Source of the DNA: Lama guanicoe
Taxonomy: Eukaryota
Length of the DNA: 64,000 bases
Direction: 5' to 3'
NCBI GenBank assembly: GCA_013239625.1
Contig: MU054925.1
Span: 22,191,496-22,255,495 of the forward strand
The position numbers and the translations under genes are program-made. Shown in pieces: positions 40,730-53,840 of the stretch (positions within the stretch are counted from its first letter, which is position 1; the number at the start of each line of letters is the position of its first letter). The notes under the pieces are model-generated. The model saw nothing but the letters and a program-made list of their open reading frames with translations. It had not been told where the DNA came from and did not search any database.

Positions 40730-41125
40730 GGACATCACTCCAACACTTTCTCTCTCTCCCCCCACCCCTTTCCCTCACTTTGTCTCTTTAATCTCTGTTA
40801 TCCTCTCCAATGCATCATTCTCATCATCATAGTTGCATACTGTTACTTTCATCATTTTAAAAAAGTCTTTTTCTGATCTTGCTTCCTGTCCAGCTACTAC
40901 CATATTTGACTATACTCCTTTACAGGAGAATTTCTTTAAAATTTGTCTATAAGAAGTTGCTTTTTCCAATTCTTCTGATCAACTGTTTTGAATCCATGCA
41001 ACCAGGCCTTTTTCCCCTACTATTTCATCAAAACTACCCTGACAAGGTAACTAGTAATCTCCACATTGTTAAACCAGTGGTCAGTTCTCAGTTCTCATCT
41101 TACTTAACCTATCAGACAACTGAAT
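40730..41125 (+). mobile_element. LINE-2 internal (reverse transcriptase) fragment
   Basis: aaaactaccctgacaaggtaactagtaatctccacattgttaaaccagtggtcagttctcagttctcatcttacttaacct resembles L2 ORF2. Confidence 0.75.
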
Positions 41126-41599
41126 ATTTTCAATCCTATACATACTCTATTATTAAACATTAATAATATTGGAAAAACTTCTTTCTTGACCAGTTGAAGT
41201 AGCTTTATCACACCATCACACCAATATTAACCACAAATATTGTAAAAATCTTTCTTAAATAAAAAGAGTAGTTTAAAGAAATTATGACAATAACCAAGGT
41301 GTTTTCAATATGCAGAATAATATTCTGGAAAAAGGAAAGGCACAGATGGGAGTTTCTCCTGTCAATTTCTAAGCAGTTTGAATCAGAAATACAAGAATCC
41401 AATGAGAAATGAGAAAATTTCTCAAGCAAAAATTTTAGTAGTCTCACAGTGCCAGATGGACAAAAAAGTAAGGCTCAGAGTAAACCAAGTAGAATAAGGC
41501 CTGCTAAACAACTGAATTTTGAAAGAAGACGCCTAAGGGACTATGTCCTAGTAATAGAAACAGTAAAATTAACCAGGACTTAAAAATCACTGAGATTCA

Positions 41600-42720
41600 G
41601 AATCAATTCGTACTAATTCCTGAATAGATTCTCCTCCTTTTCAATTGCCTGATTAAAAAAGTAAATTACCTTGGGAAAAATATAACAGAATGAAAATATT
41701 TACATTTTGAGCCACAGGCCTGGCTTTTCATAAAAAGAATAGCTGGAGCCAGGACCAAATGACCAGAACCCAGAGAAAAATCAGACAGTAGTAACAGGTC
41801 ACAGCTGGCACGAATATGGAAGTTGTTACACAAGGGTTTTAAAATAATTGTGTTTAGTATTTTTTTTTAAAAAAGATGACAAGAAGGAGAATTTCAGAAG
41901 GGCAATGGCATATATTAAAAATCAACTGGAAGTTCCAGAAGTGAAAAATACAGAAGCTAAAATTAAAAACAAAATGGATTGAATAAACAGTAGATTAGAT
42001 ATAGTAGAGAAGAAGATTAGTAAAGAGGAGGATATGTGAATATAAAATATTCAATAGGTTGAGAAAATGCAATAAGAAAGCTAAAAAAGAATATAAGGAA
42101 CATACTGTTCATGGTGAATACCTCTAACACACATTGCATTGTGGTTCCAAAAGGAGCAGAGAGGGGAAATCAAGAAAATGAGGGATGAGTCATTTGAAGA
42201 CATACTCGCCAGGGATTTTAAAAAGCTGAAAACAACAGCAGGCATCTATTGAGGAAATTATTTAGTTAGGATAAACACAAAGGAAAGTTTGAATAAGCAC
42301 ATAGCAGTGAAGTCAAAGGAAAGAAAAATCATTTGATAAAAAATACATCATCTTCAAAAGAATGAAGTCAAAGGAAAGAAAAATCATTTGATAAAAAATA
42401 CATCATCTTCAAAAGAATAACAATGAGACTGGCAGTTGATACAACAACAGAATGAAGAGAATCCAGAAGACAATGGAATGACCTTTTGGATGGACTGAAA
42501 AATAATACCAATACAATTCTCTTCCCAGCAAAAATATTCTCTCAAATGAAGTCAAAATAGAGATGCTTTCACACAAACAAAAGTTCAAAGAACCCATCAC
42601 TATAAATCTGCAGTAAAAGAAAAGCTAAGGAAGTTTCTATAGATAGAAAGAATATGATTGCAGCTTGAAGTACATAAATGGAAGAAGAAAGTAAGAGCAA
42701 CGGGAAGAGTTAATTTGTTA
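41600..42720 (+). mobile_element. Ancient L1M ORF1 region, sense
   Basis: aaatcaactggaagttccagaagtgaaaaatac...aacagtagattagatatagtagagaagaagattagtaaa; agaagacaatggaatgacc. Confidence 0.75.
42308..42417. repeat. Perfect 55-bp tandem duplication
   Basis: tgaagtcaaaggaaagaaaaatcatttgataaaaaatacatcatcttcaaaagaa x2. Confidence 0.97.
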
Positions 42721-44334
42721 ATCTGAGGTTAACTTGAGATTCTGAGGAATTAGAAAGTGGACCAAATTTTTAAAAGTTTTTATTTCTAGTCTTTGCAAGT
42801 TAACTAATGAGATAAAATATCAGAGAATTGTGTCACCTGTTTGAAGTGCTATTTACACACTAATTTACTTTATATTGATATCTTAGCAATATTTCCTAAA
42901 ATGACATAGATAAATGAAGGCAGAATCACTTACGCAGTGAGAGAAAGGTTTGGTGATTTTTTTGTAACATTTGTCAATCTTTTGAGATGAGCTGATAACT
43001 TCAGAACCACCTGAGCACTTATATTCTGAACAATGACAATGAACAATGATCACTCACAGATGGAGATTCCAACTGAGTTAAAAGCATAGAAGAAACAAAC
43101 AAACAAGAAGTGACCAAAATAATTTTTTCTGGATGCTTAAGAAAGACCAATGACATGATGGATTGCTATCCCTGGCTTGTAAAAATGTAACTGTGGGTCA
43201 TCATATGTAATATATGTTTGGGTTTGGATACAGGGCACAAGTCCCACTTGTGTGTAAAGAAACCATGCTAAACAATACAGACAGAAATTTTTTATATTAC
43301 TTGTTATGCCTCCTGAGGCTCTTGTAACTAAAGATGTGTTCTGGATCATCATTGTCTATTGTGACAATGTGAATTTGAGTAAAGCTATTCATCAAAAGCA
43401 TAATTTATTTTACTCAGCGTTTCCTTCTACTTCTTAAGGATGAGATTGTTAGATAAAACTGTTTTCATACAAATTGAATCTCAGTGAAATAGCATGAAAA
43501 TAGTAAATATTAAAAATCTGTAATTTTATGAACTATTCATTAATGTATGCATGTCATGTATATTGAAGATAATCTTCAAAAGTAGTCAGTCCACATCCCT
43601 TTAGAAGCTGAATGGAAAAGATTCCTATTCTGTATATAAATATTGACTACCTCTATCATTTCCTTTCTTTCTGTCTTTTATTATTATTGAAAATTACAAA
43701 CACACAGAAAAAGTAGAGAAAATAGTACAAGGAACACCCATGTACACATTACTTGAGATTGATAATCATAACAATAAATCAGTTTTCTTATCTTAAAAAA
43801 ACTAACAATTACTTCTGAATTTTTCAGAGTTCAAATTTACATGATTGTCTCATAAATATTCATTTATATATGTACTATGTATACATACAGACACACATAC
43901 GTGTATATATTTGTGTATGTTAACCCTCTTCAATCATGAAAGGCATATTTCTAAACATTGCTCCTTAAAATTCCTTATATCCCAAGATGTATTAAGACCT
44001 ATTATATGAATTAAAAATATTCCACATCTAGTAAATGTAGGAAATCTAGAATTAAAATAAAGTTTCTTTAATACAGGAATTTACAGAGATTTTAATATGC
44101 CAAAATGTACTATGAAACTCTAAAAGCAAATACGGTATGCAGAATTAATTAGTTGTATAACTTGGAAGTCCATCTTTATCTCTGATGTTGTTTCTGAAGC
44201 AATACTAATCAAGAACATTTTACTGGATATGACTTTTTTCTGGATTCAAAGCATTGCTGACTTTCTGACAATATATTTTATATAGCTTGGATTTTCCTTA
44301 AACAGAAATTTCAGACTCAAATTTGAAAACCTAA

Positions 44335-44520
44335 GGCAATATTTCTCAAAGCCTGGGCCTAAACTGACATCAGTATTAACTGAAGAAGCAACCTGTTAAA
44401 AATCCATATATTAAGTTCACTCTGCAGACCTGCTGAATCAGTATTTCTGTTGCAAGCAGAGAAATTCACATTTTCAAATCATTCTCCAGGAAATTCATGC
44501 TAAATTTTTTAACATTGGCC
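44335..44520. mobile_element. MER5-like hAT-Charlie MITE remnant
   Basis: caatatttctcaaag...cagacctgctgaatcagtatttctg...cacattttcaaatcattctccagg. Confidence 0.55.
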
Positions 44521-46536
44521 TAGAAGTTTTATAAATACTTAAGGAATAGGCAAGACAAATATAATTATATGAAATGAAAAAGAGTAACTATCCCTCTATT
44601 TTGTTTCAGAGAAAGAGGCTTAAAGAATTTCAAAGTTTCACAAATGATAATCTAGTAGAGTTGACTTCCCTTCTTTTTAATTTGTTATAATTCAGGCCAG
44701 AATGTTCTTACTTATCCATAAATACCAACATGTATTTCCATGTTAATAATGAGCCTCATGTTACCACACCTACTCCACTGGTATGTATGCACCCACAGGT
44801 AAGGAGTAGACTGATGTGTGTGTATACATCCCTCCACTTCTTAAGAGTGATCTCAATAGCTTGAAAAAACATCTCTCTGATGTTAGACTTTCTTAAGAAG
44901 TTAAAACGTATGCAAAGGAGGAGTCTGAACTTGTTGATGAACTACAGCATACTCTTTGTCCTTTCCCTAAAATAGCATCAAAAATTGTGTATGTTTCTCC
45001 CACTCAAGAACTACACTCCCATTCTCTGCAAGTGTGATTTTGTCTCTGTGGGTATTCACTTCTAGTTCTGAGCTGGAGCTGTGTGTGGTTGCAGAAGTGA
45101 AACATCTAGGGTAGCAGCTGGTGGTCATGTGGCTGTTGCAGAGGCACCAACACAGGATCAGAACAAGTCTGCATGGTGTGGGGAGAGAATACAGTCTTTA
45201 TAAGTGTCTTTGTCCATGCACCCCCTCACCCTCAAAGGAGGTATTTACAGGGGGAACTATGCTCAAGTAATCTTACATTCCATGTTTTTGGATAACAAGT
45301 CTGCCACACAGAAGCTACTTCTTTTAAATATAATTCATTTTTTTTACCCTAAGATATTAGTATGTCTTCATACCCTTTATTAACTCTGCTTCACCCTTCT
45401 AAGACTTCCCACTTTTCTTCCGCAATTTTTTTAAAATGGCATCCAGGGTTGGTTTCATCAGTGTGCAAATAAGTCACAAAGGACTACATGCTGACATATG
45501 CCCCATGTTTGGTCTAATGATCTACTATCACCATTTTGAAATTCTTGATCATTTTGTCTCTGGACTTGTGCTCTGTGAAATCTTATGGGACACTGGAACA
45601 CGCACATGAGCAGAGGAGATATGCTGGACGATAGCATATACAAGTGTTTATGGTTCAGCAGCAGCACTGGCTGTTGCGTGAAAACAAGCTCAGGTCTGTG
45701 CACCAAGCAGGCAGCATTAATGCATAACTGGTTGTACCATGTACTACCTACATGCCTCATGGCAGCCAAAAGAGCTAAGGCTCAGAAGAGGTGGGCACAT
45801 CAGGACCTGGGCCCAGATTAGCAGAGGTGATGATGGCAGCAGCCATAGAAACTTTAATGGATGATAGCAAGGGCTTGGTAAGAACAGGGGACTCTAAAAG
45901 CAGTCAGTGCCAGGATCCACTGGGAGAGGTCAACTTCCCTATTTGTCCCCAGAGGATGTCTGGGTGACATATGGAATTAACTCTTCACCCTGGGCACCAA
46001 GATAGGAACTATCATTGCCCAGCTAGTAAGTTTTGTCAGTAAGGTATGAGGAAATAAAAGCCTACACATGGACATTGAAACAAGGCATATCACAGTTACC
46101 TGAATTCTCAAAAGAGTTTAGCATACATGATTTTGAAAATGTGTGCAACACTGCAAAATTAATATCCAGAGGTTTGAAATAGAAATTAAAGATTATTCTA
46201 CTCAAAGTATTTTTATATAAAGCTCCAGGTAAATCAATTACTAAGGAGTATTCCCTTATAACCGAAGATAACAGCAATAGAAAGCATAAACAGGAACTTT
46301 GGATTATACACAAACCATTAAGCCATTTTCAGCTTCTTGTGCAACCTCTACAAGTTACAGGGTATGTCCAAAGAATATAAAATTCCATGATTTAAATTTA
46401 CATCTAAAATTCACATTTCAAAATAATTTACCAGTAACTTATCCCAAAATTGTCACAACCTATAAAGTTCTCTCAACAGTTCCGTAACAGTTGCATCAAC
46501 AGAAAGGTCTTTGTAGAAATCAAAAATTATCAAGAA

Positions 46537-46708
46537 GAGATAAAAAAGCACCTACTCTATAGCAGAGAACTATATTTAATATTTTGTAATAATCTTTCAG
46601 AAAAGAATTTGAAGAATATATATGAAAAACTGAATCACTTTGCTGTACAACTGAAACTAACACAGAATTGTAAATCAACTATACTTCAATTTAAAAAAAG
46701 AAAAAAAA
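46537..46708 (+). mobile_element. Short L1 3' end (cetartiodactyl-type) with A tail
   Basis: ctgaatcactttgctgtacaactgaaactaacacagaattgtaaatcaactatacttcaatttaaaaaaag. Confidence 0.85.
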
Positions 46709-47169
46709 TTGATTTCATATTTGCCATGAGCAACTGATATCAATTACATCACTTGAAAATGAAGTTGCTCAAAACACAAATTTATAGAAAAGTGGGAAAA
46801 ATCTTGTTATCAAGATATAACTTCAATAAAGTATTATAAATTGATGTATTGTATAAAACTGAAGAAAATGTCTTTTTTGCAATTTGTATGTTTATGCTGT
46901 TACTCATGTGTCACTATTACCCTGTTACATTTTATAATACGTTATTTTTAAAGCAAGTTCCTTTATATTTAGTAACCTTAATAGAAACATTTCCCTATTT
47001 TTCAAACAAGGCTCCCTATATTTTTATTTCATACTATGACCTGAAAATTATGTAGTTGGCCCTAAAAACACCTAAGGCTTACATTTTGACTATGACTATC
47101 ATCAAGCTTCATACTCCCCAAATTCACTCCTGTATTTCTCTCAGATACTAGCAGCAATATGAATGCTCT

Positions 47170-47580
47170 GCATCTGCCACCAGTTTTCTTCTTCACACAG
47201 ACTCTTTGTAAATGCTCTTGCCTGCATAGTAAATGCAATGATTTCTCCCTGCCTATTATGTTTACTTAGGTAATTCCTATTTGCCGTTTACCCTCAGCTG
47301 AAAACAACTATTTCTCAATGAACTGACCTCTCAAAAATCTTTATTTTAATACAATAATTTACTTCTAGTATACGGCACTGATCACGGTAGTAAGTATTTC
47401 TGATTGAGCTTTGATTAATGTCAGTCTTCCTTTTAAGACTTAAATCTCTGTGCAGGCAAGCATCATATCCATCATTTTTATTCGGTGCTACTTTCTTCCT
47501 TCTTCCATTATATTTCCAATACTTAGCAGACAGCTGGAATTTGGTAGGTGTTCTATCAATATTAGTTAATAAATGAGTTA
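47170..47580 (+). mobile_element. LINE-2 3' portion
   Basis: taaatctctgtgcaggcaagc...cttagcagacagctggaatttggtaggtgttctatcaatattagttaataaatgag. Confidence 0.6.
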
Positions 47581-49392
47581 ACTAGTGAGAACATGTACAC
47601 ATTATGATAAATTATAATACAAATATTACTTACTCATGAAATTTCAGGCATTACTACTATACTACCAACGAGCTATGTGTATAGAGAACGATCTGCCTAA
47701 TATTACCATTTTGTGGTGCCATAAATGGAAGGAGTGGCTGTCATTTTTAATGTCTAAAAATTAATTTAATTGCACGATCTAAAACTTTAAGTAAGAGCAG
47801 CTCTGCTCTACCAACACATTCAATTAGCTAACTCATCTTCCTGTAAGTGTAAATAAGATATCTGTGATACATTTTTTCCAGAGAAATTACTAGAAGGAAA
47901 ATATTCTCTAGTCCTACAAAGTGATATTGAAATCCTGGTTATTACTTATCCTTCCTCTGAGGGAGACATGTGAAGAAGGCTTGGAATTAAGTATGGACTT
48001 AGTCCACAAAAATCATTCTTCAAACTTTTCCTCAGAAATTACTAGAATAAAAAGTATACATGTCTAATAAAGAAATTTTCACATCTTGAAAATGTGAAAA
48101 TATGAAGTACTTGATGTAGAATGAGTTCGATTTTCTCCATTACATTCAGAAATATAACATGCACTTTTATTTTTCAAAGACTCATCAACATGTACCTTAA
48201 AAGCCCAAGATTACGACTTCTTACTTTTCACTCCCAAATCTTCAGTAAGAAAACAGTCACAACTTTTTAATGTTGGAATAATACTTAAAGACTCTATTGA
48301 TAAAGTATAATAGCACACTCATCTTTAAGAACATATAAATTAAATCTGAACGCTTCTTTGATTTCTTGAGCAGCAGGAAGAAGCTAGAAGGAAAGTTTTA
48401 CTCCATATCCTAGAGGGTTAAACTTATTTTTTCACTATAAATTGCCAAAACCCCTAATTTTTAAATGCTAATCTCTTTAAAAATATTTTACTTTGGTAAA
48501 ATAGTGCATATCTAAATCCAAATACATTTTTTTTCTTTGCTGAGTTGCCATTTTAGTCAAATTTTAGTCCTCTAAAATCAAAACTATGTATTTTGTTATA
48601 AAATATGTAGTCAGAAATGATCACTATGAGTCTCTTTTAACCACAGAAACATAGGACTCAAAAGTCCAACTGGAACACTTTTTGGAATTGTCCTTTGGAA
48701 ATGGCCAATGAAATGGTAGGACCAGTAGAGCAAGTGTTGACATTGTGACTCATATTTATGGAGGGAAGAGTTTTTATGATAGATGTGTAACTCTAACGTT
48801 GCAAAATCTGGGTAAAAAAAAGAATTACTTCTTTCTTATTCATGTTGCACCTTGAGCTAAAATAGAAAATTATCACAACTATGTAAGAAATAGAATAAAT
48901 ATGTTGTACAACATTGAATATACATGCTTATGATTATAAATCTTTTTAATATAAATTATAGTAGTTATGATTTTAGGGACATAATTTGTCTTATTCATTA
49001 TGAAATTAATGTAGACTATTTTGAGCTATATTCAGTGTGTGGATTGGAATGCTGTGGCTGGAATTTCAGAATAAAAAAATAATAAAAATAGTGTGATGCA
49101 GTCTCTATGTATGGAAGGCTCTCTTTGAAGGTCCACAGTTTTGTACGAAATATTTAATTTTATATAAAGTATAAGTAAAAATATGTCTATACTCTTCTTA
49201 CAAGTAATAGGCAATATTGACTAATGTAGAAATATTTAAAAAGTGCAAAAAAATTTTCCATATTAAATATAGAAGAACTTCATGTCATATAGATACAATT
49301 TCAAACAATGGCAAAAACATTCGAAATATGTATTTGATAGTCATATGCTAGCATTTTATAAACTATTATAATAATCATTTTTTTCTCAACAG

Positions 49393-49568
49393 AGAGGACT
49401 GTTATTACTGTTCCACCTTCCAAAATGGATGTTACAGTTGGCGAGAGTATAGTCCTACCATGCCAGGTGTCCCATGATCCCTCCATTCAAGTTGTGTTTA
49501 TATGGTCTTTCAATGGAGATGTCATAGACTTAAAGAAAGGAGTGGCTCATTTTGAGAGGATTGGAGGA
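49393..49568 (+). CDS. CNTN6: CNTN6 exon (~exon 13), first half of Ig6
   Basis: ctcaacag|AG AGG ACT ([59 protein letters not shown])|gtaagt. Confidence 0.95.
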
Positions 49569-49915
49569 GTAAGTTGCTGGAATTTTTAAGTGCTTAATAA
49601 AATGACTCAAGTCTTTTACATGAATCAACATCTTTCATAATTATCTCCTCATATTTATTTGCATGGATCATCACTGTCTGCTTATGAAGCTGATCTGTTT
49701 TTTGTTTTGTCTTTCACAGAAGTGCTTGTGTTCTAGAGGCAATTATAATAAAGGGGGTAATAAAAGGGGTCAAATATGAGAAACTATAATGATACTAGTA
49801 TATCTCCTAATTTCAGAGCTGCCTCATATTTTGTATTTATCCAGCTGTAAAAAAAAGGAGGGGGTGCTGCTGGGTATGATTATGTTTTTATCTCTGGCTT
49901 CCTTTCTATCTGCAG

Positions 49916-50033
49916 GAATCTGTTGGGGATTTGATGATAAGAAATATTCAGTTAAATCATTCAGGAAAGTATCTATGCACAGTAAAAACAACTCTAGAAA
50001 GTTTATCAGCTATAGCTGAGATCATTGTGAGAG
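49916..50033 (+). CDS. CNTN6: CNTN6 exon (~exon 14), second half of Ig6
   Basis: tctgcag|GAA TCT GTT ([39 protein letters not shown]) G|gtaagc. Confidence 0.95.
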
Positions 50034-50672
50034 GTAAGCATAAATGGTGAAAATAAATGAGCACATGGTTTATTCACAATCAAAAGTGTTAATATGTACA
50101 TGATAGATCTTTGAGTAACTACATTATAATAAAGAAGTGAGGTAAATAGTGCAGTTTTTTTTTTATTTTCTAAACTCCAAGACTCTAGGTTGTGGGCATG
50201 GATATGGATATTGAATTGAGTAAGTTCTGTCTCTTTATAAGGAATGGTCAGACTTAGCAAGCAGTGTCAGTCCCTAAAATGTTATTATACTTTCTACTCA
50301 TAATAAACCATTCTTGTCAGAGCAGGGTCAAATTTACATGTTCCTGCAGGTCTCTTTATCAGTTGCATTTATTTGAGTTAGCTTTTGAGAGAGGAATGGA
50401 CAAGAGTGGTTCTCAATTTTTGAGATTAGCTTCCTATCGGATGATATTCAACCATCCCATGACTGGCACTTTCTAATCTTCAAAGGAAACATTTCTAAAT
50501 TAATCTCTCACCATGTAAGGTGAATTAATAGGGCTTTAACACACTCAAATAATGTGCTAAAATATATTATGTTCAGTATTTTATTTTTAAACATAACAGA
50601 TAGACTATCCCTGTCCCAAGTAAATGAATATAATAATTTCCAATACAGTTACCACAAAACATATTTTTCAAG

Positions 50673-50831
50673 GTCCCCCAGGTCCCCCAGAAGATGTAAA
50701 AGTGGAACATATTTCCAGTACTACTTCTCAACTAAGCTGGAGACCAGGCTCAGATAATAACAGCCCCATTCAAATATTTAGTATTCAGGCTCGGACACCA
50801 TTTTCTGTGGGTTGGCAGGCTGTTTCCACAG
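50673..50831 (+). CDS. CNTN6: CNTN6 exon (~exon 15), first half of FN3-1
   Basis: tttttcaag|GT CCC CCA ([53 protein letters not shown]) G|gtaagt. Confidence 0.93.
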
Positions 50832-50952
50832 GTAAGTGACACAAGCGTTTTTGGATAATCTTCTAAAACATACGGTGTATTTGTTTGATTGAACAAATGA
50901 TTGTTGTTAACCAGTGCTAGTTTAGGTACCTGAAATGTCCCCTAATTTTCAG

Positions 50953-51102
50953 TTCCAGAAATTCTCAATGGTAAGACACACAATGCGACAGTGGTTGGTT
51001 TGAGTCCTTGGGTGGAATATGAGTTTCGTGTTGTTGCTGGGAACAGCATTGGGATTGGAGAACCAAGTAAACCATCAGAACTGTTAAGAACTAAAGCATC
51101 AG
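50953..51102 (+). CDS. CNTN6: CNTN6 exon (~exon 16), second half of FN3-1
   Basis: ttttcag|TT CCA GAA ([50 protein letters not shown]) G|gtaaga. Confidence 0.95.
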
Positions 51103-53769
51103 GTAAGATATCAATGTCTTCTAAAAACATGATAGATTCTTTATGGTAAATTTCTTCAAGAAAACAAGTGAGAAGTCTTGTAGTATTTTCAGTCTAAAAT
51201 CAGGGGCTCTTATTTCCCATTTTCAGAAGCCATCCTCTCATCTTATCTATTTTCTAGCCAAAATCCAACAGAGAAGCTGTAGATCTGTAGATGCAAATGA
51301 GTTACTGCTTGTTTCACTAAATGCTGTAGCCAAGAATCAATTGAGACTCCGCTGGTGCAGTTAGCCACACATTTTCATCTATTTCTCAACTCTGACCTAG
51401 TTGCAGCTTCATTGAGCAATAGTATAAATTTCTCCACATGCAAATGAGATGAATTTTAACCTCATTTAACAGAAGCTCTAATTGAGCATCAATTGGTTCA
51501 CTGAACAGAATACAAGTGGAATCTGCCTCAGAAATCACACCTTCTTTAGCACTTTTTCAACAGATCCTCTTTGTTCCACTCTTCAACTTTTACATCCAGG
51601 GTGGCACACGATCTGCTCAATGTATGTAGGTAACAAAGTTCACATTGTTATTCAGTCATCTATGAAAGATCAGTACAAACTACTACAGGAAAGTGTGTAC
51701 AAATGTCAGATGTCAATAAGTCACTTTTTAAACTAAAGGTAATGTTAATAACTTTAGCAGTTCATTTAGCAACTGAAAAACAACAGATTTGATAGTGATA
51801 AATTAAATCATTCTAGAAGTTTAGAGCTGAGAGGAGAGTCTTTACTTTGACAACAGAGGAAAAGGAAGACCAAGTTGTAAGCTGACTGGACAAAGTCTGG
51901 ATTTTAACACAGACTTTCAGACTTATCCACTAGAATTCTTTTAACAGTGGACCTTAACCGAAATGAGATAAAGATTAATGTAGGGAAATGCATAAATATA
52001 GAAATTTCCAGGCCCTAAGTAGACAAACTGGGTAAGAATCTGCAAGTGTGATCCATGACTCTAGGTATTATTAGCTTTAGCTTCAGATTATTTGTTTACA
52101 GTTGATTTATATTATGGTGGCTTTGGGCAAGGTTGATGCTAACTCTGAAGTTCTTACAGTAATGTTTTTAATGTCACCTTCTGTTAACCTCTCGTTTCAG
52201 TTGCATAATGAGACTGGTATTCATAATGATTTCCCTGAGGCTCCAAATCATATGAAGTGTGTCTTTTTTTTTTCCCCTGCATCATCAAAGGCATTTCTTC
52301 TCAATATGGCTTTAGGTTTAGTATGGTTCATTTGAAAATTGAATAAAAGAGGGAACTTTATTACCTAGAATACAGGAAACTTTGTGAATAGTCAATTAAA
52401 GTACCATTTTAAATAATATTATTATGTATCTAAACTATTTAACCATCCTGAAATATGTATGTAAGCTGTCAAGTACCAGAAACCCTGAAACTGTAGAATC
52501 CATTCTGATTCATGTTACTTTTGGCTGAAGGCATAGGGAGACAGAAAATAGGTTACAGGTATGAGGCAATCTTTTAAATAAATTATGAAGGTCAAAACAG
52601 ACAAGTTAGGGCATATCTGAATATTAAAGTCGATAGTGTCTTACATGTGTTATTATTTAAAAGAACAATGAGATTATTATATCACTGTATCATTTATAAA
52701 GTTAAATGTGTATGAAAGGAGAAAAACTAAGCAGTCTGGATTTATCTGAATGGTAGACATGGTCAGAGAAAATTTTGAAATGAGCAATTAAACATTGAAA
52801 ATAAAAACATATTTAAATTCAAAATGATCAAACATAATTTCATATAATTCAACATTTAAAAAATATATCCTGTAGATTTTATCAATTATCCATTATTGCA
52901 GATTTAGCATATTCTTGCTATTATTTCAGGAAAAAGAATGTTTTTTAACACTTCCATATGTATAAAGTAAAACTTGATTTTGATCATATACTACAAAACC
53001 TTACACATGCATACAGTTGTCATCAATTTTACAGTTTACTTTGAACTATTTATTATTCATTATACTACTCCTCACAAGGATATAGTGGAAGAGCATATTT
53101 TTTTCCTAATTCACAAAAATGATGAGCGTCTGGAATGTTCTACCACTGAGACTTAGGATCTTAGAGTTAAACTGAGGGAATCCTCCAATCACTTCCTTGA
53201 CTTGAGAACATTTTCTTACTCTGTGAAGAATTAGAAGAAAAGTCTCATTCTGTACTGAGATATTTGAGATTCACAGTTACAAAATAAGAATTTTTAAATT
53301 TATATTATCGTTAAGGATTTATTTTTAGACGCTAAAATATCCTGACGAATAACAAAAAGAAAAATTATTTTAGTTTGTTTATTGAAAAAAATGAACAGAC
53401 TGACTCAGTAACTTGTTTACAGCACAACTGTATAATAATTAGGCACTAAATCAGCAGTGTCGCTGTTACAATCTGAACGGAACATCATTTTGCCAATTAG
53501 TAGATGATGCATAATAATGTCAAATACATGATGTTACTCGATTTTTAATTAATTTTGGAGCCACGGTGCTCATGTATCAAACACAACTGTGTCCTCTCTC
53601 TTAGAAATTTGGGTATATGTAAACATAATTTATGTTCATTAAAAATTCAAGAGTCTCTCATAAATGTGCCTGTGTAAGATTCTGAAAGGTGAAATCCAAA
53701 AACAAAATTCCTCCTAATGAAGAGGTACTTTAATAATCGCCATCCTATGTTTCTCTTGGTTGCTTTTAG

Positions 53770-53840
53770 TCCCTGTCGTGGCACCAACAAACATCAATGG
53801 AGGTGGAGGAAGTCGCTCTGAACTCGTCATTACGTGGGAG
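53770..53840 (+). CDS. CNTN6: CNTN6 exon (~exon 17), start of FN3-2
   Basis: cttttag|TC CCT GTC ([24 protein letters not shown])|gtaatt. Confidence 0.93.
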
